64,000 bases of DNA from an uncultured Candidatus Saccharibacteria bacterium (lineage in GTDB: Bacteria > Patescibacteriota > Andersenbacteria > UBA10190). This document shows positions 49,078-57,875 of the stretch, piece by piece. How positions within the stretch are numbered: the first letter of the stretch is position 1; each line of letters starts with the position of its first letter. The notes beneath the pieces were generated by a model. It worked only from the letters and a program-made list of their open reading frames with translations, had not been told where the DNA came from and ran no database searches. The stretch covers positions 588,977 through 652,976 of the forward strand of contig CAZSUC010000001.1 of the NCBI GenBank assembly GCA_964610055.1. Direction: 5' to 3'. The position numbers were made by a program, and so were the translations under genes.

Positions 49078-50055
49078 TTATTCACCTAGATGCTTGTGCG
49101 GCTCCAAATAATCTTGTACATACTCACGTACTGCATCCTCTAATAAAGTACTATCCTTCGCAAACCCTGTCCCCCATAATTTCTTCATTATCGCTTCAGT
49201 GTGATTTTGATACTGGTTTTTTATATTATCCGGCAAGTCAATGTATTGAATTCGAGTTTCTTTTCCTAACGCATCAAACAACGCCTTCATCGTATCATTC
49301 CACGTCCGCGCCTTGCCTGTGCCAACATTAAATACCCCATTAGCCTCCGGATGATCCATTAAAAACAGTGTCGCCCGCACCGCGTCTTTAACATAAATAA
49401 AATCTCGATCTTGTTCCCCGTCAGCATAATCCGAATGATTTGACTTAAATAACTGCACCACTCCCTGCTCTTTTGCTTCGGGATACTTTTTCAAAATAAC
49501 ACTACGCATCCCTTCCTTGTGCCATTCATTCGGTCCAAACACATTAAAATACCTTACCCCCGCCACGTTATTTAAATAACCACCATCTCGTGCCCAAATA
49601 TCAACCTTTAGTTTTGATTTGCCATACAAATTCAAAGGCCGCAATTCATCAAATAAATCATGATCATCATCAAACCCATTGGAACCGTCACCGTACGTCG
49701 CTGCACTCGATGCATATACGCAGCGCACTCCTCGATCAGCACTCCACCGAATTATATCCTGTGAATATTCCACGTTATTATCCTGCAAATAATTCCAATT
49801 TTGTTCTGTCGTGCTCGAACATGCACCCATATGTAAAATTGCTGTCACTTCTCGCTCATTCCAAACTCCTTCCAATAATTGTTGTCTAAAATCTTGCGGA
49901 GTCACTAACTCCTCATACTGCAAACTGCCAACATTATGTTCTTTTTCATCGTGATCCAACTCATCTACGATCACAATTCCTCGCTCCCCTTTTTCATTCA
50001 AAGCCCATACCAAAGCACTCCCAATCAACCCTGCTCCCCCTGTTACAATAATCAT
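49078..50055 (-). CDS. hldD: ADP-L-glycero-D-manno-heptose 6-epimerase
   Basis: MIIVTGGAGLIGSALVWALNEKG...VDEL matches the HldD/RfaD N-terminus. 325 aa. Confidence 0.85.
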   Translation of the reverse strand: MIIVTGGAGLIGSALVWALNEKGERGIVIVDELDHDEKEHNVGSLQYEELVTPQDFRQQLLEGVWNEREVTAILHMGACSSTTEQNWNYLQDNNVEYSQDIIRWSADRGVRCVYASSAATYGDGSNGFDDDHDLFDELRPLNLYGKSKLKVDIWARDGGYLNNVAGVRYFNVFGPNEWHKEGMRSVILKKYPEAKEQGVVQLFKSNHSDYADGEQDRDFIYVKDAVRATLFLMDHPEANGVFNVGTGKARTWNDTMKALFDALGKETRIQYIDLPDNIKNQYQNHTEAIMKKLWGTGFAKDSTLLEDAVREYVQDYLEPHKHLGE

Positions 50056-50097
50056 TTCCTTATTATTCCTAATTATCTTTAAAAAAGGAACTGCAGT

Positions 50098-50601
50098 TTA
50101 CTTACTTCTCCGTATTTTCGCTACAATATCTGATGTCGCCAGCCCAGGACGTCGTTCTACCGTATAAGGCTTAACTCCATATCGCTGCATTACCGGCCAT
50201 TCAATCCAAGTTTCAGGCGCACCGTACTCGCTCCCATTAACATGCACATCTGGTTGCACCGTCTCAATCAAAACATCCTGCACCTTATTATATGGCGCAT
50301 CTATCACCACTACATAATCTACACAACTCAAAGCCGCCAACATGGCCGCTCTTTCTGCTTCCGGAATAAACGGACGCATTGATCCTTTGCCATCTTTTAC
50401 GGAAGCATCGGAATTCATCCCTATAATCAACAAATCACCCTGCTGCTTAGCCTCTTCTAACATATCTAAATGTCCAGCATGCAAAATATCAAAAGCACCA
50501 TTTAAGGTCACCAGCTTCTTTCTAGCCTGCTTCCATTCTCCTGTCCGCGCCGCCGCTTCAGCAATTGTTAAGATTTTTTCTGTTCGCCAATGATGTTTCA
50601 T
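50098..50601 (-). CDS. hldC: D-glycero-beta-D-manno-heptose 1-phosphate adenylyltransferase (stand-alone HldE domain II)
   Basis: VTLNGAFDILHAGHLDMLEEAKQQGDLLIIGMNSDASV is the cytidylyltransferase-like HxGH motif as in RfaE domain II. Confidence 0.8.
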   Translation of the reverse strand: MKHHWRTEKILTIAEAAARTGEWKQARKKLVTLNGAFDILHAGHLDMLEEAKQQGDLLIIGMNSDASVKDGKGSMRPFIPEAERAAMLAALSCVDYVVVIDAPYNKVQDVLIETVQPDVHVNGSEYGAPETWIEWPVMQRYGVKPYTVERRPGLATSDIVAKIRRSK

Positions 50602-50606
50602 AGTTA

Positions 50607-51149
50607 TTAAGATAACATAATCTTATTCGCCGCTTCATCTAACGACTCCACTATCATATCCGGCTGAACTGATAATTCTTCCGCTTGCCAGTACTGGCTT
50701 TTTATCAACGCTGTTTTTGTTCCTAGCTTTTTACCGAACAATAAATCCGCCTCTTTATCCCCAATTGTCCAACTCGCCGCATAATCAATCTTCCCGATTT
50801 TTTCTTCAATCTGTCGCGCCATTCCAATTTCCGGCTTCCGACACTCACACCCCGCTTCTCGATGATGAGGGCAATACGCAATCACATCTAATTCTGCTCC
50901 TGATTTTTTCAATTCGGCCTGCATATATATATGCAAAGCTTCTACATCCGCTTCCGTGTACAACCCATGCCCAATACCAGACTGATTCGTAATCAACGCT
51001 AATTTAAACCCGGCTGCTTTCAAGTTATGCAACGCCTCTTTGGCTCGTGGCTTAAACTGCCAATCTTCCTTCCGATATACATATCCACAATCATGATTAA
51101 TCGTCCCGTCACGATCCAAAAAAACTACCTTATTCTCCTCGCTCGGCAT
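50607..51149 (-). CDS. gmhB: D-glycero-D-manno-heptose 1,7-bisphosphate phosphatase
   Basis: Carries FLDRDGTIN and the zinc-site CPHHREAGCECRKP. 180 aa. Confidence 0.8.
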   Translation of the reverse strand: MPSEENKVVFLDRDGTINHDCGYVYRKEDWQFKPRAKEALHNLKAAGFKLALITNQSGIGHGLYTEADVEALHIYMQAELKKSGAELDVIAYCPHHREAGCECRKPEIGMARQIEEKIGKIDYAASWTIGDKEADLLFGKKLGTKTALIKSQYWQAEELSVQPDMIVESLDEAANKIMLS

Positions 51150-52131
51150 AATGCGCTAATAAATCTATAATTTCATCAGCCGTTACTCCGGTTGCTCCAA
51201 TTTTATGAGCATTGATTGTTCCCGCCGCGTGACCTAAAATCGCTGCCTCTTCATCACTTGCTCCAACTAACTTGGCTAACAAGATTGCCGCCGAAGCCGA
51301 ATCACCGCAGCCGGACGTATCCAAAACTTCATCATCACCCGTAAATTCTTGTTGCGCATGATATGACTTCCCGTCTCGATTCAAAACATAAATTCCATTC
51401 TCAGACAAAGTTAAAAATACATTCGTGTTAAATGTATCTCGCAACAACCCCGCTAATTCACTCGGCTCCTTCTGATTATCAAACTGGTTAAGGCCCAAAA
51501 ACTCATAGGCTTCCTTCCGATTAGGAGATATATAATCTGCTCCGGTAAAGAAGTTTATCCGCGACGGTTTTACATCCGCCATCACTGGCACCCCGGCTGA
51601 ACGCGCCGCCTCCATTACTGCTAACGCTGTCTTTTGCGTCACACAACCTTTGGCATAATCTGACACTAAAACCCCGTCTACTTCTGAAATAATATCTTGA
51701 ATTGCTTGCACCGCCTCTGCTTCCGCCGCTCCTTTAACTTCCCGCTTGTCTTCATAATCAACTCTCAACATCTGCTGTGTGCGCACGACATATCTAATTT
51801 TTTCTGTCGTTGGCCGCGTTGCATCACTAATCAGTCTAATCTTATACCCTTCCTGTTCTGCTGCCTGCTCCAACTCACGCGCCACCGCATCGCCACCACC
51901 AACTGCCACTAATTCCGCTTGGCCGCCAATCGTCACTATATTCTTAGCCACGTTCCCCGCACCACCCGTAACTTTTCTCTCATCTGTTACTTCCAGAATA
52001 GGTACCGGCGCCTCTGGATTTAATCGTTCCACTTTACCGGTAATATACCGATCCAACATTACATCGCCAAATACTAATACTTTTTTGGATTTAAACTCAC
52101 TTAAAATTTGTCGTGCTTTGTCTGCTTTCAT
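51130..52131 (-). CDS. hldA: D-glycero-beta-D-manno-heptose 7-phosphate kinase (stand-alone HldE domain I, PfkB family)
   Basis: KVLVFGDVMLDRYITGKVERLNPEAPVPIL matches RfaE domain I, and the C-terminal DTSGCGDS is the PfkB motif. Confidence 0.8.
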   Translation of the reverse strand: MKADKARQILSEFKSKKVLVFGDVMLDRYITGKVERLNPEAPVPILEVTDERKVTGGAGNVAKNIVTIGGQAELVAVGGGDAVARELEQAAEQEGYKIRLISDATRPTTEKIRYVVRTQQMLRVDYEDKREVKGAAEAEAVQAIQDIISEVDGVLVSDYAKGCVTQKTALAVMEAARSAGVPVMADVKPSRINFFTGADYISPNRKEAYEFLGLNQFDNQKEPSELAGLLRDTFNTNVFLTLSENGIYVLNRDGKSYHAQQEFTGDDEVLDTSGCGDSASAAILLAKLVGASDEEAAILGHAAGTINAHKIGATGVTADEIIDLLAHYAERGE

Positions 52132-52136
52132 ATGTT

Positions 52137-52742
52137 TTAAACTTCTAAATTCATATCTTCACCTGGTCCGGGTGCCTCAATTACCGGTACCTCGTTTTCA
52201 AATAATTCACACAGCAAATGAATCGCGTGTAAATGCATTTCCTGAATCCTAGCATTCGTATGTGAAGGCGAGATGATGGCATAATCAGCCGTATCTTTCA
52301 ACGTCCCCTTTGGCCCTGTCATTGCGATAATCGTCATTCCTTGTGCCCGTGCCTGTTCAGCCGCTGCAAGAATATTTTTGCTATTCCCTGAAGTTGTTAA
52401 CCCCACCAAAATATCACCTTCTCGGCCTAAAGCTTCCACCTGGCGCTTAAACACATCTTCATATCCATAATCATTTCCAATACAAGTTATCACCGCTCCG
52501 TCCGCCGTTAAAGCAATTACAGGATACGCCTCTCTATTCTCTTTATACCTTCCCACCATCTCATCAGATAAATGTTGGGCTTCGGCCGCCGAACCACCGT
52601 TTCCTGCTACCAACACCTTATTGCCTCGCGCAAACGCTGCTTTCATTTGCTCCGCCACCAGCCTAATCTGTTCGTGAAATTCTTGTGTATTTTCTAAAAC
52701 TGTTTTTAGCTCCTCGGAATGTTGTTTAAATAAGTCGTTCAT
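52137..52742 (-). CDS. gmhA: Phosphoheptose isomerase (SIS domain)
   Basis: Contains VLVAGNGGSAAEAQHLSDEMVGRY and GLTTSGNSKN. Confidence 0.85.
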   Translation of the reverse strand: MNDLFKQHSEELKTVLENTQEFHEQIRLVAEQMKAAFARGNKVLVAGNGGSAAEAQHLSDEMVGRYKENREAYPVIALTADGAVITCIGNDYGYEDVFKRQVEALGREGDILVGLTTSGNSKNILAAAEQARAQGMTIIAMTGPKGTLKDTADYAIISPSHTNARIQEMHLHAIHLLCELFENEVPVIEAPGPGEDMNLEV

Positions 52743-52751
52743 ATTTTTATC

Positions 52752-53591
52752 CTACGTCTCCGCCTTACGATTTCGCAAATAATCACTTAAGGCCTCTTCC
52801 CAGGTTCTCATATTCGGACCTCGATCATTAATCAGCACACTCCATTCTGGTCGTTGAGCCGGCCGCGGATATTCGACTGCTTTGATCGGCACCACCTTAA
52901 CTTGTTTATTCGCCAACTCAAAAATCTTCTGTGCAAAACCATACCAAGTTGTCATGCCTTGATTAACTCCATGATAAATTCCCGGCTTATAGCCAGCTTG
53001 CACTAATTCTTTAGTATACCTGGCTAAATCAACCGTATAAGTGGGTGAGCCATGCTGGTCATTTACTACTTTGATTTCATTTTGCGAATCAGCCAACTTC
53101 AGCATCGTTTCCACAAAATTACGCCCACCCGCTCCATACAACCAAGCTGTACGCACTAAAAAATACTCACCACCCACAGTGGCTAAGGCCTTCTCACCGG
53201 CTAATTTTGACTCGCCATACGCATTCACTGCCGGACCAGGCATATCATTTTCTTGATACCCCTCCGCTTTATCCCCTGGAAAAACATAGTCAGTACTGTA
53301 ATGCACTAAACTAATCTCCAACTCACGGGCTACCTGAGCAATATTTCTAACCCCTATCTCATTAACTGCCAAAGCTGCTTCTTGATCAGTTTCCGCTCCA
53401 TCAACATTCGTATACGCCGCTGCATTCAAAATCCAAGCTGGTTTTTCTGCTGTAATTTTTTCTCTCACTGCCTGGACGTCAGTAACATCCAACTGCTCCC
53501 GATCCCACGCCACCACTTCTTGGTCACTCCAAACTTCCGTTAAAGCCTGGCCTAACATTCCTCCCGCACCCAAAATCACAACTTTGCTCAT
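52752..53591 (-). CDS. rmlD: dTDP-4-dehydrorhamnose reductase
   Basis: VVILGAGGMLGQAL... and YGESKLAGE are present, at RmlD-like length. ATG 53591 forms an ATGA overlap with the upstream stop. Confidence 0.8.
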   Translation of the reverse strand: MSKVVILGAGGMLGQALTEVWSDQEVVAWDREQLDVTDVQAVREKITAEKPAWILNAAAYTNVDGAETDQEAALAVNEIGVRNIAQVARELEISLVHYSTDYVFPGDKAEGYQENDMPGPAVNAYGESKLAGEKALATVGGEYFLVRTAWLYGAGGRNFVETMLKLADSQNEIKVVNDQHGSPTYTVDLARYTKELVQAGYKPGIYHGVNQGMTTWYGFAQKIFELANKQVKVVPIKAVEYPRPAQRPEWSVLINDRGPNMRTWEEALSDYLRNRKAET

Positions 53592-54544
53592 CGCTTCTGA
53601 GGCAAATACCAATTTTTCATCCATTCCACTAAATCACGCACACCATCTTGAACCGATATCTCTGGAATCCAACCTAATAGTTTTTGCGCTTTCGTTGTAT
53701 CAGCATACGTTACTCGCATTTCTCCCGCCGGTGATTCCATCGGCACAATTATTGGCGATTTTCCAGCCGCCTCGGCAATTGCATCCACTAACTTACGTAA
53801 AGGCACTGGTTCACCTCGGCCAGCATTAATAATCTCAAATCCCAAATCTTTATCGACCGCCGCCCCAATTGCTCGCACTAAATCATTGATATGCGTTACA
53901 TCTCTTTGTCGATCATCCTTATTTAACGGCACCTCTGCCTCCGTTAGAATTTTTTCCGCAAAAATCATTGGTGCCATATCTGGCCGACCCCATGGCCCAT
54001 ACACACTGAAAAAACGTAGTACAGTAATCGGTAAACCGTGCAAATCATGCCACATCGAACAATAATCTTCTGCTGCTGCTTTACTGGCTCCATATGGAGA
54101 TTTCGGCCGTAACGGATAAGTAGTTTCTTCAAACGGAGTCTGTTCATCGTTATACACCGACGAGCTCCCCGCAAAAACCAAGCGCTTCACATCGTATTTA
54201 GTCGCCGCCTCTAATACTGCCAAAGTACCATTTACATTCGTATACGTATATTCTTGCGCTCGTATTACACTCTCTTTCGGATTTGCATGTGCCGCCAAAT
54301 GAAGTACTACTTCAAACTTCCCCTCTCTAAAAGTTTTTTCTAACAACTCAGCGTCAGTAATATCACCCTCAATCACCGGTACTTCATTCTTCAGAAAGTC
54401 TGTTACCCGTGCTCGTTTTAACCACGATGGATACAAAAAATCACTAAAATTATCCCATAACACCACTTCATCCCCGCGCTCTTGCAACATTTTTGCCGCG
54501 TGACTCCCTACAAATCCCGCTCCACCAGTAATTAATACTTTCAT
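53588..54544 (-). CDS. NAD-dependent epimerase, UDP-glucuronate 4-epimerase-like
   Basis: Carries MKVLITGGAGFVGSH, YGASKAAAE and FFSVYGPWGRPDMAPMIF. The PWGRPDMA segment is characteristic of the UDP-GlcA 4-epimerase subgroup. Confidence 0.7.
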   Translation of the reverse strand: MKVLITGGAGFVGSHAAKMLQERGDEVVLWDNFSDFLYPSWLKRARVTDFLKNEVPVIEGDITDAELLEKTFREGKFEVVLHLAAHANPKESVIRAQEYTYTNVNGTLAVLEAATKYDVKRLVFAGSSSVYNDEQTPFEETTYPLRPKSPYGASKAAAEDYCSMWHDLHGLPITVLRFFSVYGPWGRPDMAPMIFAEKILTEAEVPLNKDDRQRDVTHINDLVRAIGAAVDKDLGFEIINAGRGEPVPLRKLVDAIAEAAGKSPIIVPMESPAGEMRVTYADTTKAQKLLGWIPEISVQDGVRDLVEWMKNWYLPQKR

Positions 54545-54545
54545 A

Positions 54546-55091
54546 TTAAAAACCTTCCGCTTGTTCTAATTTCGGCAAAGCCGCGTCTCGTTTTGATAAA
54601 ATAGGTTCTTTGACCGGCCAATCCACGCCAATCTTAGCATCATTCCAAACAATTCCTCCTTCTGTTTCCGGCGCATAATAGTCAGAACATAAATACAAAA
54701 CATCAGCTGTCTCCGAAGTTACGCAAAAACCATGCGCAAATCCTGTCGGAATGTATAGCATCTCAGCTTTTTCTGCCTTCAGCATTGCTCCGGCCCACAT
54801 GCCATAAGTCGGCTTATCTCTGCGCAAATCAACTGCTACATCAAAAATCTCTCCACTTAAAGGCATAATTAATTTTGCCTGCGCTTGTGGAAATTTCTGA
54901 TAATGTAATCCTCGCAAGACATTTTTCTTGCTACGCGATCGATTAAACTGCACCCATGGCCCCCGCACCCCGTAATCATTAAAAATATTCTCCCGCACCA
55001 TTTCACTAAAAAAACCTCTCTCATCCGGATAAACATCCGACGTAATATGTAAAACTTCCGGCAATGATAGTTTTTCAATCACAAAAGCCAT
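54546..55091 (-). CDS. rmlC: dTDP-4-dehydrorhamnose 3,5-epimerase
   Basis: DERGFFSE...NRSRSKKNVLRGLHYQ...AKLI...GEIFDVAVDLR is the RmlC cupin signature. The start is set to M12 of the ORF. Confidence 0.85.
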   Translation of the reverse strand: MAFVIEKLSLPEVLHITSDVYPDERGFFSEMVRENIFNDYGVRGPWVQFNRSRSKKNVLRGLHYQKFPQAQAKLIMPLSGEIFDVAVDLRRDKPTYGMWAGAMLKAEKAEMLYIPTGFAHGFCVTSETADVLYLCSDYYAPETEGGIVWNDAKIGVDWPVKEPILSKRDAALPKLEQAEGF

Positions 55092-55150
55092 AAAGGAAAA
55101 AGTTAACAATCTTTGACCTGACAATACCGGTTTTGTCCCGGTTGGTCAAT

Positions 55151-55495
55151 TCACTTCTCCTGTTGCTTAACTAAAAACGCATCTAACCATTCACGCGCTT
55201 CTTCCGACTGCATTTTTATATCCGGACTCTTAGCTATACTTTCCATAACATCGATCTCTTGAGTAGCGGTATCTTGCCAATCAGTCCGAGCAGTTAAACG
55301 TAATGTTTCTTTCTCAGCCGATATTTTCTGGCGCGGAACATTCAACCATGCAATTCCGATTACCCCCATTCCGAGCACAGCTAAAAAGAATAGTTTCTTT
55401 GGTTCCGCTTCAAAATATATACCTACCGCCAATCCCCACGTTGCCCCTACTAAGATCCAAGTTCCCAGCGCTAACTTTTCCCATTGATTCATCAT
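55151..55495 (-). CDS. Small membrane protein (114 aa)
   Basis: Two N-terminal hydrophobic helices, with no motif. Confidence 0.5.
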   Translation of the reverse strand: MMNQWEKLALGTWILVGATWGLAVGIYFEAEPKKLFFLAVLGMGVIGIAWLNVPRQKISAEKETLRLTARTDWQDTATQEIDVMESIAKSPDIKMQSEEAREWLDAFLVKQQEK

Positions 55496-55500
55496 ATTTC

Positions 55501-57273
55501 TTACCTTTTTAAAACTGCTAAATACGCTTCCGGCGGAATATCCACTGAACCATGTTCGCTCATACGCTTCTTCCCTTTTTTCTGCTTTTCTAATAATTTG
55601 CGCTTACGTGAATAATCACCACCGTACAAATGTCCCGTGACATCTTTCCGCATTGCCGGCAAAGTTTCCCGCGCGACAATACTTCCTCCAATCGCTGCTT
55701 GCAAAGGTACTGCAAATAATTGCCGCGGTAATACTTCCTTTAATTTCGCTACCAGGCGCCTGCCTGTTGCCTCTGCCTTACTACGCGCCACAATTACCGC
55801 CAGTGCTTCTACCTCCACTTTATTCACTAACAAAGACAGCTTCACCACCTCGGCCGGTCGCCACTCTTTCATCTCATAGCTCATTGAGCCATACCCCGCT
55901 GTCACTGACTTTAATTTGTCATAAAAATCAACCACTAATTCACGCATCGGTATTAAATAGGTTAACTGCACCCGCTCCCCCTCTAAATGCTGTTGATTTA
56001 CAATTTCCGCTTCTCGATCCTGCATTACTTCAAAGACGGCTCCCATGTACCCAACTGGCGTTAAAATATCAACCTGAGCATACCGCTCTTCAATCGCTTC
56101 AATCTGAGATGGGTCCGGAAATTCTACCGGCGTCGCCGCTTCCATATCCTCACCGTTTCGCAACTTAATTCGATACGCCACACTCGGAGTCGTAATCACT
56201 AAATCTAAATTATATTCTCGACGTAAACGCTCTTGAATAATTTCCATATGCAGCATCCCTAAAAATCCACATCGAAACCCTTGTCCTAAAGCTTCGCTTC
56301 TCTCTTGTAATGCCGTTAGGCTCGCATCGTTTAACATCAATTCACTAATCGCATCTTTTAATAAGGGAAAATCATCACCCCGAGCAGGAAAAATTCCGGC
56401 AAACACTTTGGGCTGCGGAATTCTAAAACCCGGCAAAGCTTGTAAACCTGACCGCCGACTTGCCAAAGCAATCGTATCGCCCACCCGCGCTTGTCGCACG
56501 TCTTTTAACCCCGTTGCTATATATCCAATTTCTCCCGCATCAATCATTTGATCAGGATGCCATTCGGGTGCAAATGAACCAACTTCCACTGCCCGATCAG
56601 TCGCCCCTGTCCCTAGAAAAATCACTTCATCTCGTGCTGATACTTTACCTTCTATGACCCGCACGTAAGTTACAACTCCTTTATAATCATCGTACACAGA
56701 ATCAAAAATAAGGGCTCGCAAAGGCTTAGTATTGTCCTGCTGTGCCGCCGGTATTCGCTGCACCACTGCATCCAAAACTTCTTTGACTCCTTCTCCTGTC
56801 TTAGCTGAAATCTTGAGAATATCAGTCGCCTTGCCACCCAATAAAGCGAGTATCTCTTGAGTGACTCGCGGTACATCTGCTGCCGGTAAATCCACTTTAT
56901 TAATCACTGGAATAATCTCCAAATTATTCTCAATCGCAAAATACAAATTAGAAATAGTTTGCGCTTGCACACCCTGGGTTGCATCCACCAGTAATACGGC
57001 TCCCTCCACCGCCTGCAAACTCCGACTCACCTCATATTGAAAATCAACATGACCCGGCGTATCAATCAAATTCAGCATGACCCCATTCCACTGCATGCGC
57101 ACTGGCTGTAACTTAATTGTAATTCCCTTTTCCCTCTCTAATTCCATTGAATCTAATAGCTGTGCTCGCATCTTCCGACTCTCCACTGTTCCGGTCAGCT
57201 CTAACATCCGGTCGGCTAAAGTCGACTTCCCGTGATCCACATGCGCAATAATGCAAAAATTACGTATCTCCAT
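55501..57273 (-). CDS. lepA: Elongation factor 4 (LepA)
   Basis: MEIRNFCIIAHVDHGKSTLADRMLELTG... with DTPGHVDF and NKVDL. The start is set at ATG 57273. The ORF-track extension to 57387 runs through a terminator hairpin. Confidence 0.9.
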   Translation of the reverse strand: MEIRNFCIIAHVDHGKSTLADRMLELTGTVESRKMRAQLLDSMELEREKGITIKLQPVRMQWNGVMLNLIDTPGHVDFQYEVSRSLQAVEGAVLLVDATQGVQAQTISNLYFAIENNLEIIPVINKVDLPAADVPRVTQEILALLGGKATDILKISAKTGEGVKEVLDAVVQRIPAAQQDNTKPLRALIFDSVYDDYKGVVTYVRVIEGKVSARDEVIFLGTGATDRAVEVGSFAPEWHPDQMIDAGEIGYIATGLKDVRQARVGDTIALASRRSGLQALPGFRIPQPKVFAGIFPARGDDFPLLKDAISELMLNDASLTALQERSEALGQGFRCGFLGMLHMEIIQERLRREYNLDLVITTPSVAYRIKLRNGEDMEAATPVEFPDPSQIEAIEERYAQVDILTPVGYMGAVFEVMQDREAEIVNQQHLEGERVQLTYLIPMRELVVDFYDKLKSVTAGYGSMSYEMKEWRPAEVVKLSLLVNKVEVEALAVIVARSKAEATGRRLVAKLKEVLPRQLFAVPLQAAIGGSIVARETLPAMRKDVTGHLYGGDYSRKRKLLEKQKKGKKRMSEHGSVDIPPEAYLAVLKR

Positions 57274-57333
57274 AGAATACCGCCCAGCATACCAATTCAC
57301 GCCCTTTTCGCCAATATCTCTCTTGTTCATCAT

Positions 57334-57384
57334 AAAAAAACGCCCCAAGGACAATCCGACCGGGCCATCGGGAAAGCCTTGGGG
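57334..57384 (-). terminator. Intrinsic terminator / attenuator immediately upstream of lepA
   Basis: The minus strand forms CCCCAAGG-(26 nt)-CCUUGGGG followed by CG and U7 (A-run 57334-57340 on the + strand). Confidence 0.55.
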
Positions 57385-57485
57385 CACACATGAAGGAACA
57401 ACGCAACAGGGTAAAGAGAGCTATGCGCATGGCACCAGCCGCTCGGTCTCAACTTAAACCACACGCATAGCCCACACGTAGTTTT

Positions 57486-57513
57486 ATCATATCCCGCCTA
57501 CTCCAGATGTCAA
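57486..57513 (-). promoter_or_regulatory. Sigma70-like promoter (proximal)
   Basis: On the minus strand, TTGACA (57513-57508), a 16-nt spacer and TATGAT (57491-57486). Confidence 0.45.
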
Positions 57514-57519
57514 CCAAAG

Positions 57520-57557
57520 AAAAAAACCGCCGAAAAGCGATTGTGTGGCACGGCGGG
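57520..57557 (-). terminator. Intrinsic terminator-like element (distal), with competing or pseudoknotted helix
   Basis: The minus strand forms CCGCCG-(18 nt)-CGGCGG followed by U7. The loop contains GCCACAC, which pairs with the upstream GUGUGGC (57562-57568). Confidence 0.45.
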
Positions 57558-57644
57558 AGAATATCGCCACACAAAGAGCTTTTCGACGGCAACCGGGAAA
57601 GGGTAATCTCGCATCTCTTGCAAATTTGAGTCACCATTCTCAAG

Positions 57645-57662
57645 CTAGCCCGGCGGAGTCAT
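57645..57662 (-). other. Mini-ORF MTPPG-stop with consensus SD
   Basis: AAAGGAGG, a 6-nt spacer, then ATG ACT CCG CCG GGC TAG on the minus strand. Confidence 0.3.
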
Positions 57663-57846
57663 GTACGACCTCCTTTCTAAAATGAGATCAGCCGACAGAC
57701 AACGCAAGGGGCCCTACCAACTTCAAAAAAAGAAAGAAAAAGAGAACAATATAACCGCCCGGAGGGGTTCATGAGAACCTACTTGGGGCACTAGCAGTCC
57801 CCTACAACACCCTCCAGACGGCTCGCACGACAGGTGCTGTTAAGTT

Positions 57847-57875
57847 CTTATACTCTTACCCGCTTTTTTTGTCAA
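57847..57875 (-). promoter_or_regulatory. Sigma70-like promoter (distal)
   Basis: On the minus strand, TTGACA (57875-57870), a 17-nt spacer and TATAAG (57852-57847). It lies just downstream of the murJ stop. Confidence 0.45.

Larger units (their letters stand above)
57385..57846 (-). ncRNA. Unclassified structured RNA region (one long lepA leader or two small RNAs)
   Basis: G-rich and non-coding, with many stable helices, two promoter-like elements and two terminators, all on the minus strand. I could not assign it to any RNA family by eye. Confidence 0.4.

Noticed and set aside
57274-57387. N-terminal extension of lepA (MPQGFPDGPVGLSLGRFFMMNKRD...) as given in the ORF track.
   Set aside because: The extension overlaps the CCCCAAGG/CCUUGGGG-U7 terminator. 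The conserved LepA N-terminus (MEIRNF.IIAHVDHGKS) begins at ATG 57273.
57449-57643. 64-aa minus-strand ORF with a CxxC...CxxxxxxCH pattern, which could be a zinc-ribbon small protein.
   Set aside because: It has no SD and it reads straight through a terminator hairpin, a U7 tract and a promoter-like element. It is most likely a by-product of the GC-rich structured RNA.
57340-57860. RNase P RNA on the + strand. Short matches to remembered E. coli M1 RNA appear in the right order (GGGAAAGCC.., GCAACAG, GGGAAAGGGUAA, CCCGGAG..GGGGUUCAU, CACGACAG).
   Set aside because: The near-invariant P4 strands (GAGGAAAGUCCGG and ACAGAAnCCGGCUUA) are absent and cannot pair. The span is too long at about 520 nt. 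All promoter and terminator signals are on the opposite strand.
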